Shown here: positions 10,014 through 19,875 of the stretch, in pieces
Position numbering within the stretch: position 1 is the stretch's first letter
How the letters are laid out: every line of letters starts with the position of its first letter
DNA from: a virus
Taxonomy: Duplodnaviria > Caudoviricetes
Reading direction: 5' to 3' (one strand)
Virus record (IMG/VR): IMGVR_UViG_3300028558_000029
Location: 356 to 64,355 of that record
Length of the DNA stretch: 64,000 nucleotides
The notes under the pieces: generated by a model
Told to the model about the DNA's origin: nothing
Databases searched by the model: none
The model's input: only the letters and a program-made list of their open reading frames with translations
Program-made: the position numbers and the translations under genes

Positions 10014-10208
10014 TCTCCGATCAAATCGCGCTGATCTTTAATAACACCCTTAAACTGTTTAATCAACCTGTTGATGTTTACACCCACTCAAGCCGAACAT
10101 GCGGGCACCCAAGGCAACCGCCTTCCTGCTTCCTCACGGACGCAAGATCGGCGGCTGAAAAGAGGAATCTCTTGGGTTTGTGCAACTCCAGCAGGAAGGA
10201 AGTTTGTC

Positions 10209-10253
10209 ATGAACATCCGTTTCCGTCGCGGTCACCGCAAGGGTCGCCGCTAA
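10209..10253 (+). CDS. 14-aa Arg-rich peptide MNIRFRRGHRKGRR
   Basis: AGGAAGGAAG SD upstream; stop 3 nt before next ATG. Confidence 0.55.
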   Translation: MNIRFRRGHRKGRR

Positions 10254-10256
10254 GCC

Positions 10257-10658
10257 ATGACGGGCGTTCCTCCAATCCAGCCAGGGCAGTCGATGCCGCA
10301 AGCTGGTGCGGGCACACAGCCGGGTCAGCCGCCTTTCGGTTCCTCCCCGACTTCAATGCCCACGCCGAATCGCGGTCTTGAGGCTTCCGGAATGGCGCAG
10401 ATTGGGGTGATCGTCCGCCTCATGGAGCGAGCCCTCCAGCTATTGCCGGTGGGCTCCGAGCCTTGGAAGGACATGGCGAAGTCAATGAATCAGTTGGCTC
10501 GCCATGTCCCGCCAAACCCCGCCATGGGCGGCGTGGAAAATACCGCCATGAAGGGAATTATGCAGCAGCAGCAGCAGATGGCTCCGCTGATTGCGCAGAT
10601 GAGAGGCGCGCCCGCCGCTCCGTCTGGACCACAACCGCAGCCCGGTCCGGGCGCGTGA
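10257..10658 (+). CDS. hypothetical head-module protein (Pro/Gln-rich)
   Basis: ORF between portal and scaffold. Confidence 0.75.
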   Translation: MTGVPPIQPGQSMPQAGAGTQPGQPPFGSSPTSMPTPNRGLEASGMAQIGVIVRLMERALQLLPVGSEPWKDMAKSMNQLARHVPPNPAMGGVENTAMKGIMQQQQQMAPLIAQMRGAPAAPSGPQPQPGPGA

Positions 10659-10673
10659 GATAGGAAGACGACA

Positions 10674-10844
10674 ATGGTCAATATCTTTCAGGACAGCACC
10701 AAGTCGATCCCGAAGAACCCGCCCGATTCGATGATCGTGCGCGTGACGATGGAGCAGTCCGAGATCGCCGGCCGCAAGGACCACCTTCCGAACATGGTCA
10801 GCTCGGCGGCGATGGGCATCGCTCACGTTCCGAACAAGAGCTGA
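10674..10844 (+). CDS. small hypothetical protein (56 aa, MVNIFQDSTK...)
   Basis: AGGAAG SD; fills the gap before the scaffold gene. Confidence 0.7.
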   Translation: MVNIFQDSTKSIPKNPPDSMIVRVTMEQSEIAGRKDHLPNMVSSAAMGIAHVPNKS

Positions 10845-10847
10845 TCC

Positions 10848-11426
10848 ATGGCGCTCGTCGAAATCGATGATGGCGAACTCGCGCTGCTCCATGGGCAGCG
10901 CGATACGATCGCCAAGATGCTGGCCCACCCGGATGCGCGCAAGCGAGTCCTGGAAGCCCAGAAGCTGATCAATCCGAACCTTCCGATCCCTGAAATCGAT
11001 GCGGCGAAGCCGATCATGGATGCCGTCTCCGGCATGCGTGAGGAAATGGCCAAGTTCATGAAGGAACAGGCCGATCGCGAAGCCGAGCGTGAGAAGACAG
11101 AGAAGATGAAGACCCTTCAGCAGCGCTGGGACACCGGTCGCGGCTACGCGAAGGGCGAGGGCTACACCGACGATGGTTTGGCGGCCCTCGAAAAGTTCAT
11201 GGAAGAGCGCGGCATCGCCGACCACGAGGACGCCATTCCGGCGTTCGAGCGCAAGCACCCGCCCGCCCCTCCAGCGATCCCGTCCGCGCCCGGTCGCTTC
11301 GACATCATGCAGCCGGAAACCCGCAAGGACGAGATGATGAAGATGCTGTTCGACGGCAATGAGGAGGCTTTCCTCGCTCAGGCGGTGCCGCAGGCAATTG
11401 GCGAGGTGCGGGGCGCGAAGCGCTAA
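10848..11426 (+). CDS. capsid scaffolding protein (putative)
   Basis: Charged helical protein directly upstream of capsid gene. Confidence 0.65.
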   Translation: MALVEIDDGELALLHGQRDTIAKMLAHPDARKRVLEAQKLINPNLPIPEIDAAKPIMDAVSGMREEMAKFMKEQADREAEREKTEKMKTLQQRWDTGRGYAKGEGYTDDGLAALEKFMEERGIADHEDAIPAFERKHPPAPPAIPSAPGRFDIMQPETRKDEMMKMLFDGNEEAFLAQAVPQAIGEVRGAKR

Positions 11427-11455
11427 CCGCTGAATCTGAGGGAAGGACTTAGAAA

Positions 11456-12484
11456 ATGCCGCTACCGGGCCAGGGTGCAGTTCCGACTGGAGCCCTTTAC
11501 AACGAACTGACCGCCGCGACACGCCGCGCCTTCGTGCCGCGTCTGTTCGTGCAGATGTACTTCGCGTCGCCGTCGTGGTTCTACATGATGGGCAACGCGC
11601 AGAAGGCTGCGGGCGGCCTTTCCCAGATCACCATCCCGATCCAGGGCCAGTCGATGGTCCAGGGCGGATTCACCGGCTACGGCGGCGGCTTCAACCAGCC
11701 GGTCATCACCCCCGGTGTCCAGAACGCGCAGTTCCCGCTGTGCTATTGGGTGGTTCCGGTCCCGCTGCCGTTCGGCGAAACCGTCATCCAGGCGACCGAT
11801 CGCGAGATCAGCCTGCTGAAGGCCCGCATGAACGACGTGTACGCGGTCAGCGTCCAGACGCTGTCGCCGCTCATGTTCGTTCCGAACTCAGCCAACAGCC
11901 TGTATCCGAACGGCTTCGAGGACGGCTTCGACAACGGCACCAACTATCCGACCTACGGCGGCATCAGCCGCCTGACGGCGGCGAACGCCAACTGGAAGGG
12001 CCAGTATTACAACGCGGCCACCGCCTCGGCTGCTGCGGGCATGACCCGTCAGGTGCTGTCCCAGTACATCATCCAGATCACCGACGCCGCTGGCGGCGAG
12101 GCTCCGACCTTCGGGGTGATGAACCCATCGGATTTCTCGACTACCAACAACGACTTCATCGGTGTCGAGCAGGTTTTCGTCCGTCCCGGCACCCAGTACG
12201 GGATCGAGACGCCGGTCCGCTCGTCCTTCCCGAACATCAATATCGCTGGCGTGCCGATCTTCGCCGATCACTTCTGCCCGAAGGGCAACATGTTCTTCGT
12301 CAACACGAAGTACACGGCGTTCTACATGTCGGAAGACGCGGCCTGGGACTTCTCCGGCTTCTACAGCCTCGTTCCGCTTGGCCAGATCGGCCAGCAGGGC
12401 GTGGTGATCCTTGGTTACAACATCGTCACCGCCAAGCCTTCGGCAAACGCCTGGATCACAGGCATCGCTCACGGCGCATTCTAA
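11456..12484 (+). CDS. major capsid protein
   Basis: 342 aa, position, YGGISR and GVPIFADHFCP..FFVNT features of HK97-fold capsids. Confidence 0.85.
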   Translation: MPLPGQGAVPTGALYNELTAATRRAFVPRLFVQMYFASPSWFYMMGNAQKAAGGLSQITIPIQGQSMVQGGFTGYGGGFNQPVITPGVQNAQFPLCYWVVPVPLPFGETVIQATDREISLLKARMNDVYAVSVQTLSPLMFVPNSANSLYPNGFEDGFDNGTNYPTYGGISRLTAANANWKGQYYNAATASAAAGMTRQVLSQYIIQITDAAGGEAPTFGVMNPSDFSTTNNDFIGVEQVFVRPGTQYGIETPVRSSFPNINIAGVPIFADHFCPKGNMFFVNTKYTAFYMSEDAAWDFSGFYSLVPLGQIGQQGVVILGYNIVTAKPSANAWITGIAHGAF

Positions 12485-12496
12485 GGGGTAGCGCTC

Positions 12497-13618
12497 ATGT
12501 CACAGAACAATCTTGGTGGCGCTGGACTGGGGCTTCCGCTTCCCCAGTACGTTTCCCCGCCGCAGCTGTATAACGGCAACCTGCAAGGGGCGTCCGCTCC
12601 GATGGGTCTGGCTCCCGGTGACGCGGTTCCGGTTCCTCCTGGTGTGTGGGAGATCGTGCTGGGCTCCTACGCGATGCTCCAGTACCTCGATCCGCTGACC
12701 GGTGGCTGGTACAACTTCCCGACCGCCGACCAGTCCTCGAATCCGATCCAGATCAAGTCGGACGGAGAGAACTTCCGCGTCGCCAACCTGACCGGTTGCG
12801 TGATCGGCGCGGTGGTGACCGGCGGTGGCTCGGCCTACGTGCAGTCCACCACCAGCGTCGTGGCCTCGTCTGGCGGCGCGGTATTCCAGCCGATCGTCGG
12901 CGGCGTGCTGACCTCGATCACTGTGACGACCGCCGGCACCGGCTACACCATTCCGCCGGTTGTGTTCATTCCTGACCCGCCGGTTCCCGGACTTGCGGCC
13001 ACGGCCGCCGCCACCATCGCGAATGGTACGGTTTCGGCCATCACCCTGCTTGCCCAGGGCGGCGGTTACGCTTCGGTGCCATCGATCACCCTACTGCCTT
13101 CGCCATACGATCCGAATCTGGCGAACATCACCAACGCCACAGCTGGCGTGACCTCGCTGACCGGGACCGGCTCGCTGGTTGCCGTGATCGTGACCAACAA
13201 TGGCGCGGCGTCGGCTACTGCCGCAGTTCCGACCCTGACCGTGACCGGGGCTGGTGCCAGCGCCACCGTCTCGGCCGTGGTGCTTTCGACCACGACCAGC
13301 GTGTCGGTGTCCGGTGTCGGCGTTGGCTACAATGCCAACACCTTGCTGTTCTCGGTCGGCGGTCGCGCGAACTTCGCCAACCTGTTCACCAACCCATATT
13401 GGGAGAACAGCATCCTGCCGGCTCCGCGCAATATCCAGCAGGCTTCGGTGACCATCTCCAGCACCTCGCTGACCGCCGCCACACTGTACGACGGCGGCCT
13501 GTTCACCGCCCAGCCCACTGGCGTGGTCCTGTCCAACGTGGCCTCGATCACCACCGCCGGCACCATCTCCCTGGTTCAGGGAGCGGCCAACACACACGTC
13601 TTCATGCAGCCTTGCTGA
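12497..13618 (+). CDS. virion structural/decoration protein, Thr/Ser/Gly-rich with GxGY repeats
   Basis: Follows capsid gene, precedes terminator. Confidence 0.65.
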   Translation: MSQNNLGGAGLGLPLPQYVSPPQLYNGNLQGASAPMGLAPGDAVPVPPGVWEIVLGSYAMLQYLDPLTGGWYNFPTADQSSNPIQIKSDGENFRVANLTGCVIGAVVTGGGSAYVQSTTSVVASSGGAVFQPIVGGVLTSITVTTAGTGYTIPPVVFIPDPPVPGLAATAAATIANGTVSAITLLAQGGGYASVPSITLLPSPYDPNLANITNATAGVTSLTGTGSLVAVIVTNNGAASATAAVPTLTVTGAGASATVSAVVLSTTTSVSVSGVGVGYNANTLLFSVGGRANFANLFTNPYWENSILPAPRNIQQASVTISSTSLTAATLYDGGLFTAQPTGVVLSNVASITTAGTISLVQGAANTHVFMQPC

Positions 13619-13640
13619 TCGTTCTCAGGGTGGGCGAGCC

Positions 13641-13682
13641 GGGCCGGGAAGGTGCTCCACCACCGACCCGGCCCTAATTTTT
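13641..13682 (+). terminator. intrinsic terminator after capsid/decoration genes
   Basis: GGGCCGGG...CCCGGCCC stem followed by TAATTTTT. Confidence 0.65.
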
Positions 13683-13692
13683 AGAGGCGGCG

Positions 13693-14415
13693 GTGCTTAA
13701 CACCTACATCGCGCAAACCCAGAGGCTGCTTCAGAATCCGGTCCCGTCGACCCCGCTTTACGCGACATCCGATCTGACGGCTTACATCAACACCGCTCGC
13801 GGCCAGATCGCGGGCGAGGCCCAGTGCATCCGGACGATTGGGCAAATTCCAACTGTCGTCGACCAGCGTCCCTATGCCTTCTCGGCTATCGACGTGACCT
13901 TCGCGACCGTTGGCATCCACGGCGTCCAGGGCGTGCTGTCGATCGACAATATCCTGACCGGAATCGGCACTGGCATGCAGTGGTTCCGGTCCAGGCCGTG
14001 GCCATGGTTCCTGCTTTACAAGCTGAACAACGCCAATCCGCAGGAAGGCCCGCCGTCCGAATGGGCGCAGATCGGCCAGGGCGCGAGCGGAGTCTTCTAT
14101 CTCGATCCACTGCCTGATAGCGTTTACACGCTATATGTCGACAGCGTGTGCTACCCTGTCGCGCTGGTCGACGACACGACGGCCGAGGCGCTGCCCTATC
14201 TGTGGACCGATGCGGTTCCGTATTTCGCGGCGTATATGGCCTACATGTCGTCCCAGCGCACGCAGGACGCCGACGCCATGTACAGCAAGTTCAAGGAATT
14301 CATGGCCAGGGCACGCGCTGCGGCGACGCCGGAAGTGCTGGCCCCGAACTATTCGCAAGGTCCCGACCCGGTGGCGGCGAACAGGCTTGGCATCAGGTCT
14401 GGGGGTGGGCAGTAA
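13693..14415 (+). CDS. head-tail adaptor protein 1
   Basis: YINTAR...W.DAV.Y.AAY; position. Confidence 0.7.
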   Translation: MLNTYIAQTQRLLQNPVPSTPLYATSDLTAYINTARGQIAGEAQCIRTIGQIPTVVDQRPYAFSAIDVTFATVGIHGVQGVLSIDNILTGIGTGMQWFRSRPWPWFLLYKLNNANPQEGPPSEWAQIGQGASGVFYLDPLPDSVYTLYVDSVCYPVALVDDTTAEALPYLWTDAVPYFAAYMAYMSSQRTQDADAMYSKFKEFMARARAAATPEVLAPNYSQGPDPVAANRLGIRSGGGQ

Positions 14416-15335
14416 TGCTGTTCAATTACATGCGCAGCGTGCAGCGCTTTGTTCGCGATAGCGGACAGAAACTGATCGATCCAGGCGACATCATTGAATA
14501 TGTCAACACCGCGCGCCGTCAGGTGGCGATGCAGGCTCAGTGTGTTCGCATCCTTCCGTCGATCCAGAATGGGATCAAGACGATTGACGTGACGGCCAGC
14601 GGGTCCGGATACACCAACCCCACCGTGTCGATCAGTGCGCCTGACTTTCCGAGCGCCATGCTGCCGTCGCCGAGCGGATTGCAGGCCACTGCTATCGCCA
14701 CCCAGGCCGGTGGCAGCATCATTGGCGTGAATGTAGATGTCGGCGGAAGCGGGTATTTCCAGCCGGAGATCACCATCGTCGACCCGACCGGGTCTGGAGC
14801 ATCGGTGGTTGCCCATATCGCGCCGATCAACCAGACCAACACGAATCAGGAAGTCTACAACTTCAGCGATGTCGACCTGAGTGCGTTTCCTGGCGTGGAA
14901 TCGATCCTGGCGATCAAGTCGATCAGCATCATCTACTCCAATTACCGCTATACGCTGCCGTACTACAGCTTCACCACCTATCAGTCGATGATCCGGCAGT
15001 ACCCGCTGCAATACTATTACGTGCCGGTCATGTGGTCGCAGTACGGGCAGGGTGCCGGCGGCAGCGTCTATGCCTATCCGATCGCCTCGCAGGCGTATCA
15101 GTGGGACTGGGATTGCATCTGCCTGCCGTCAGACCTGACCAGCGACAACGATGTCGAAGCCATTCCGATGCCGTGGACGGATGCGGTCAAGTATCTCGCC
15201 ACCCACTTCGCCTTCCTTGAACTGCAAAACCTGAACGCGGCGGACTATTATTACAAAATGTTCATGATGCAAATCAACCGCTTCAGCGTTGCCGCTCGTC
15301 CTGGCCGAATGAACAACCCTTACGGCAGATTCTGA
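14415..15335 (+). CDS. head-tail adaptor protein 2 (paralog of 13693 with GxGY insert)
   Basis: Shares YVNTAR.Q.A..AQC.R, W.Q.GQGA.G, WTDAV.Y with previous gene. Confidence 0.7.
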   Translation: MLFNYMRSVQRFVRDSGQKLIDPGDIIEYVNTARRQVAMQAQCVRILPSIQNGIKTIDVTASGSGYTNPTVSISAPDFPSAMLPSPSGLQATAIATQAGGSIIGVNVDVGGSGYFQPEITIVDPTGSGASVVAHIAPINQTNTNQEVYNFSDVDLSAFPGVESILAIKSISIIYSNYRYTLPYYSFTTYQSMIRQYPLQYYYVPVMWSQYGQGAGGSVYAYPIASQAYQWDWDCICLPSDLTSDNDVEAIPMPWTDAVKYLATHFAFLELQNLNAADYYYKMFMMQINRFSVAARPGRMNNPYGRF

Positions 15336-17410
15336 TGGCTGACGAACGCGGCGGCTCTCTTCCGGCGCATCCACCACAGACGCCGGGCTTTCCTGGCAAC
15401 CCCATGCCCATCGTCTTCGATGGGTTCAGCGGGATGAACACGAAGCCGTCGCGCCCGGCTATCGAGGACCAGCAAGCCTTCTGGTCTGACGGCTTCATGA
15501 TGATCGGGCCGAACAACGCCAGGACCCTGCCTGACGTTGGCCCTGCCATCTACATGGCCCCTCCGGGCCAGCTATCGTTTTTCGGCTTCGCCAATATCGG
15601 CGACACGCCGTACTCGATTGCCTTCCTGTCCACCGGCTCCATTGTCGCGATCAACACCAACACGACGATGACGACCAGCGTCGCGCCGGCCGGAACCATT
15701 CTGAACCCGGCCAATCAGATCGGCCTGAGCCAGTGGGGCAGCCAGTACGTCCTGATCTGCGCGCCGCAGACCAATGGCTACTTCATCTGGGATGGCACGA
15801 CGCTCTATGAGGCCGGAACGCTCGGCCCAACCGTCCAGATAACCGACGACGGTGCCGGCTACACCTCGGCCCCGACCATCAGCGTGATCGGCGGAGCCGG
15901 CTCCGGAGCGTCGCTGGTCGCGACAGTCACCAACGGCGGCGTCACCGCCATATCGGTGGTCAATCCAGGCACCGGCTACCAGTTTGAGGATCAGCCCTAT
16001 CTGGCCTTCTCTGGTGGCGGATCGAACACGACGGCGATCCTGACCGCCACGATTTCCTCTGGGACAATCGCATCGATCAACGTCGTCAATGGTGGCACCG
16101 GCTACACCAGTTCAGGGGCGGTGGTCGAGGTTATGGGGGGCGGCGGAACCGGCGGTGCGGTGACGGTCGGCATCAGTGGCGGGGCCGTCAATTCGACGAC
16201 CATCACGGCAGCTGGCGAGGGCTACCTGACACCACCATCGATCTATGTGACCGATCCAAACAATTCGGTTGCCGAAGCGACGGTCAACGTGATGCCGTTC
16301 GGCATCCAGGGCACCGGATTGGAAACCTACCAGGGCCGGGTATGGATCGTTAATGGCGCGGCTCCGACCATCCCGCCGCCGCGCGGGCTGGTCCAGTTCA
16401 GCGCGCCCGGCGCGCCAGACGACTGGTCGGCCGGCAATGGCGCGGGCTCGTTTGTTTCGACCGACTCGTTCCTCCGTGTCGGCTTCCACGGGATCAAGCA
16501 GAGCAACGGCTTCCTGTATCTGGTCGGAGATTCGTCGCTGAACTACATCTCGAACGTCCAGCAGTCGACCGGCGTGCCGCCGATCGTGCAGTTCAGCAAC
16601 CAGAATGTCGACCCGCAGATCGGCTCGCCTTGGCCGAACACGGTCCAGGTGTTCAGCCGAAATGTGGTGTTCGCCAATCCGTTCGGCGTTCACGTCTCCT
16701 ATGGCGGGGCCGTTACCAAGGTCAGCGATGCGCTGGATGGCGTTTACACGACAGTTCCGAACTTCGGCAACTCCAACCCCAGCTCGGCCATCGCCGACAT
16801 CTTCGGCATCCGCGTCTACATGCTGTTGCTGCCGATCATCGATCCGATCAGCCTCGCCCAGGTCAACAAGCTGCTGCTGTGGGACGGGAAGAAGTGGTTC
16901 GCGGCCTCACAAACCATCGGCCTGACCCAGGTTTCGTCGCAGGAAATCAACTCGGAGCTGACTTCGTGGGGCACTGACGGGACCGGCATCTATCCACTGT
17001 TCCAGCTGCCGAGCGGCTCGCTTCAGAAGGTGATCGAGTCCAAGCTGTGGGACTTCCCTGGCTACGACTGGACCAAGACGGCGCTGCGCCTGTATGGCAT
17101 GGTCTTCTATTATTCGCTGGTATCTCCCGATCTGGTCATCTCGATTGACACTTCGGTTGCTGGCGTGTCCCAGCAGATCGTGGTGTCCGGAACCACCATC
17201 AAGATTTTCAACCAGTTCGGAGCGCTTGTTCCGGTGTTCAACAATGTTGGAGCGCCGGTCAATGTAGGCGGCGCGGTCCTGAATGTGTTCGGACCTCTAC
17301 CGACTTCCCAGGCCGGGCCGCTTATCGGGTTGACACTCACTACCGACGCGGCCGATATGGTGCTATTGTCCCTGAAGATTTGGGAACGCGCTACCCAGGC
17401 GAACCTGTAA
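15335..17410 (+). CDS. tail nozzle / DNA stabilisation protein (P22 gp10-like)
   Basis: FSGMNT N-terminus, beta-rich 691 aa, position after adaptors. Confidence 0.7.
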   Translation: MADERGGSLPAHPPQTPGFPGNPMPIVFDGFSGMNTKPSRPAIEDQQAFWSDGFMMIGPNNARTLPDVGPAIYMAPPGQLSFFGFANIGDTPYSIAFLSTGSIVAINTNTTMTTSVAPAGTILNPANQIGLSQWGSQYVLICAPQTNGYFIWDGTTLYEAGTLGPTVQITDDGAGYTSAPTISVIGGAGSGASLVATVTNGGVTAISVVNPGTGYQFEDQPYLAFSGGGSNTTAILTATISSGTIASINVVNGGTGYTSSGAVVEVMGGGGTGGAVTVGISGGAVNSTTITAAGEGYLTPPSIYVTDPNNSVAEATVNVMPFGIQGTGLETYQGRVWIVNGAAPTIPPPRGLVQFSAPGAPDDWSAGNGAGSFVSTDSFLRVGFHGIKQSNGFLYLVGDSSLNYISNVQQSTGVPPIVQFSNQNVDPQIGSPWPNTVQVFSRNVVFANPFGVHVSYGGAVTKVSDALDGVYTTVPNFGNSNPSSAIADIFGIRVYMLLLPIIDPISLAQVNKLLLWDGKKWFAASQTIGLTQVSSQEINSELTSWGTDGTGIYPLFQLPSGSLQKVIESKLWDFPGYDWTKTALRLYGMVFYYSLVSPDLVISIDTSVAGVSQQIVVSGTTIKIFNQFGALVPVFNNVGAPVNVGGAVLNVFGPLPTSQAGPLIGLTLTTDAADMVLLSLKIWERATQANL

Positions 17411-18183
17411 TGCCCCTACCAATCATATTCGGCCCACTTACCAGCATCGTCACGACCTACTTCGACGAGAACTTCGCCGCCGTGGGCGAGCTGGTGATTG
17501 CGCCGTGCTCGATTGCCGGCACGAACTCACTGGTCCTGACGCCGTTCGCCAACAATCCGACCGTATCGCTCTACGGCAACTACATGGTGTTCAGCGGTGT
17601 CGCGTCCGGCACCAACACCACGGCGGTCACAGCACAGCTCCTCGGGCTTGGCACATTGCCAGTTTACACGGATACAGCCGGCGGCCCGGTGGCGCTGACT
17701 GGTGGCGAGATCGTCATCGGCAATCTGGTGATGCTGGTCTACGACGCCAATCTTGGTGGCGGCGGCGGCGGATTCCACCTCCTGTCCAGTTCTCAGGTCC
17801 AGCACTTCACGTCGCTGGCGGTTTCTGGCCTGCTTACGGCCGGAACGGTTTCGGTCAGTGGAGCCGTTACCGCCGCCACCGTGTCGGCGACCTCGCTTGT
17901 GGTCGGCGGCGGGGCGGCTGTAAAGCATGTCCTGTCAGCCACCGCGTCGCTCACCTTCGCCTCGATCGTGCCGGGGGCCAGTCAGGACCAGACCGTGACC
18001 GTGACCGGAGCTGTGGTCGGCGACGGTGTATTCCTGGGGATGCCGGCTTCGGTTACGGCTGGGGTTGCCTACGATGGCCGCGTCTCGGCCACCAACCTTG
18101 TCGTGGTTCGCGCGACCAACGCCACCTCTGGAACGGTGACGCCGGCAGCCGGAACTTTCCGCGCGGTTGTCATGGGCTTCTGA
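17410..18183 (+). CDS. tail-associated structural protein
   Basis: Beta-rich; FDENF N-terminal motif; position. Confidence 0.6.
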   Translation: MPLPIIFGPLTSIVTTYFDENFAAVGELVIAPCSIAGTNSLVLTPFANNPTVSLYGNYMVFSGVASGTNTTAVTAQLLGLGTLPVYTDTAGGPVALTGGEIVIGNLVMLVYDANLGGGGGGFHLLSSSQVQHFTSLAVSGLLTAGTVSVSGAVTAATVSATSLVVGGGAAVKHVLSATASLTFASIVPGASQDQTVTVTGAVVGDGVFLGMPASVTAGVAYDGRVSATNLVVVRATNATSGTVTPAAGTFRAVVMGF

Positions 18184-18524
18184 TGTCGCTTGGTCAGCTC
18201 TATAACACGCCGGGCGATGGTCCGGGAATGAACGAGTTTTCGTTCGCCAATCAGGACCACCATCTTCAGATCGCTAGGGCAATCTATTCTCAGGCCGGAA
18301 TTTTTATTCCGGTCTATTCGCTTGATCCAATCCACCTCGCCGACCCTGGCGTCTTCCTGTACCAGCATCAGCAGGCTCACAACGTCCAGAATTCTGTCCT
18401 TGGCATTCAAGGCAATGACTTGACAGACATCGACTTGACGAAGAGAAGTGAGCTGGAAGAGTGGATTCTGATCCACTTTCAGGAACACTTTGCTGCTCAA
18501 CAGATATTGGGGTTGACCCTATGA
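18183..18524 (+). CDS. hypothetical His/Gln-rich protein
   Basis: TGATG coupling. Confidence 0.7.
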   Translation: MSLGQLYNTPGDGPGMNEFSFANQDHHLQIARAIYSQAGIFIPVYSLDPIHLADPGVFLYQHQQAHNVQNSVLGIQGNDLTDIDLTKRSELEEWILIHFQEHFAAQQILGLTL

Positions 18525-19120
18525 TCGATCTTCAGCCTGCCGTCGTTCCTGTCCGTCGCGGGCGTCCGCCTAGGAAGGACATCGAAGGAATCGAGCGAAC
18601 CAAGAATCGCTTCGATGTCCTGGAGGACAGGGACACAAGCCGTCCAGAGCCCGTCCCTGAAAACCGACAGGAAGTCGTCTTCGATACGACAACCAAGGCC
18701 GATTTGTCGGTCACTCGCTTCATGTATGAGGACCTGCTGACCATAGGCCCGTGGCTGGCAATGCGGCTGCGCATGGATCGCCGGCCAGACCTGTCCGACC
18801 GAATGGTCATCGGGTGGCTGCGCGGCTGCATGGACAACAATCTATTCTGCCTGCTGAAGAACGAGAATGCGGTCGGTCTGGCCCAGATCACCTACGATCC
18901 GCTTGACCCGCGCCCGGTCCTGGAAGAGCTGTTCGTTTACACGAAAGACGGCTGCGAGGCCGATGGTTTGCCGATCCTCGACCGCTTCATCGAATGGGGC
19001 AAGCAGATGCAGGCTTTCCGCGTGGTCTTCGGGGGCGAGAGCGATGTCCCCGGACAGATGATCGAGGAGAGGTACGGGCGCACCAAGCAGAGGGTGTCGC
19101 ACTACCTGCCGCTAAAGTGA
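18521..19120 (+). CDS. hypothetical protein, possible GNAT-like fold
   Basis: EELFVY...L..F.EWGK pattern; position before ejection genes. Confidence 0.55.
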   Translation: MIDLQPAVVPVRRGRPPRKDIEGIERTKNRFDVLEDRDTSRPEPVPENRQEVVFDTTTKADLSVTRFMYEDLLTIGPWLAMRLRMDRRPDLSDRMVIGWLRGCMDNNLFCLLKNENAVGLAQITYDPLDPRPVLEELFVYTKDGCEADGLPILDRFIEWGKQMQAFRVVFGGESDVPGQMIEERYGRTKQRVSHYLPLK

Positions 19121-19875
19121 TCATCGAGCGCCAATATGACGCCAGGAAGATTGATGGGTTCCTGAACCATCCCGAGGTGTACGAGGCTATCGCTGGCCCG
19201 CATGTCGGACCATTCAGCATGCAGTATCTGATCGACCAAAATCTTGGCATCATCCTGGCCGGAGAGTTCGGTGGGTTTGTCGTCTACCAGACCCAGCCAG
19301 GAACCTATGGATTTCACACCGCCGTAGTTCCGGAGGGGCGCGGTCGGTGGGCGATGAGGATGTTCATCGACGGACTGAGATGGATGTTTACACGAACTGA
19401 CGCCGTGGAGCTGATGACCCACCGTCCGGCCGGGAATCTGGCGGCGCTGACTGCGCTGAAGCGTTCCGGGGCCTCTCATGAATTCACTACGCGCCCGCTG
19501 TGGCCGATCAACGGAATCCTGGTGAAGATGGACGTTTATGCTTTCCGTATCCAGGAGTGGGCGAAGTCAGTCCCGGGCATGACGGCGGTCGGCAGGGATT
19601 TTCACGAAACGCTTGAACGAAAGACCGCAGGTACAGGCAAGTTTAATCATGAGGATGACGATTTGCACGACAGATATGTGGGGATCGCCATCGAGATGAT
19701 CAGAAATGGCCAGACAAGCAAGGGGGTTGGGTTCTACAATCGATGGGCGGCGATGGCCGGTTATAAGCCGATTGTCATTCGGAGCACCAACCCGCTCACG
19801 ATCGATATATGGGACGCCATTATAGAGATCTGGGCAGACGATTTCGAGGTAGTCAATGCCAACCGGAGGTCTTGA
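19117..19875 (+). CDS. acetyltransferase-like tail assembly protein (P22 gp14-like)
   Basis: YGFHTAVVPEGRG...WMFT.T...T..P.GN.AA. Confidence 0.65.
   Translation: MIIERQYDARKIDGFLNHPEVYEAIAGPHVGPFSMQYLIDQNLGIILAGEFGGFVVYQTQPGTYGFHTAVVPEGRGRWAMRMFIDGLRWMFTRTDAVELMTHRPAGNLAALTALKRSGASHEFTTRPLWPINGILVKMDVYAFRIQEWAKSVPGMTAVGRDFHETLERKTAGTGKFNHEDDDLHDRYVGIAIEMIRNGQTSKGVGFYNRWAAMAGYKPIVIRSTNPLTIDIWDAIIEIWADDFEVVNANRRS

Noticed and set aside
10038-10062. CtrA box (TTAA-N7-TTAA)
   Set aside because: TTAA spacings are 8 and 5, not 7
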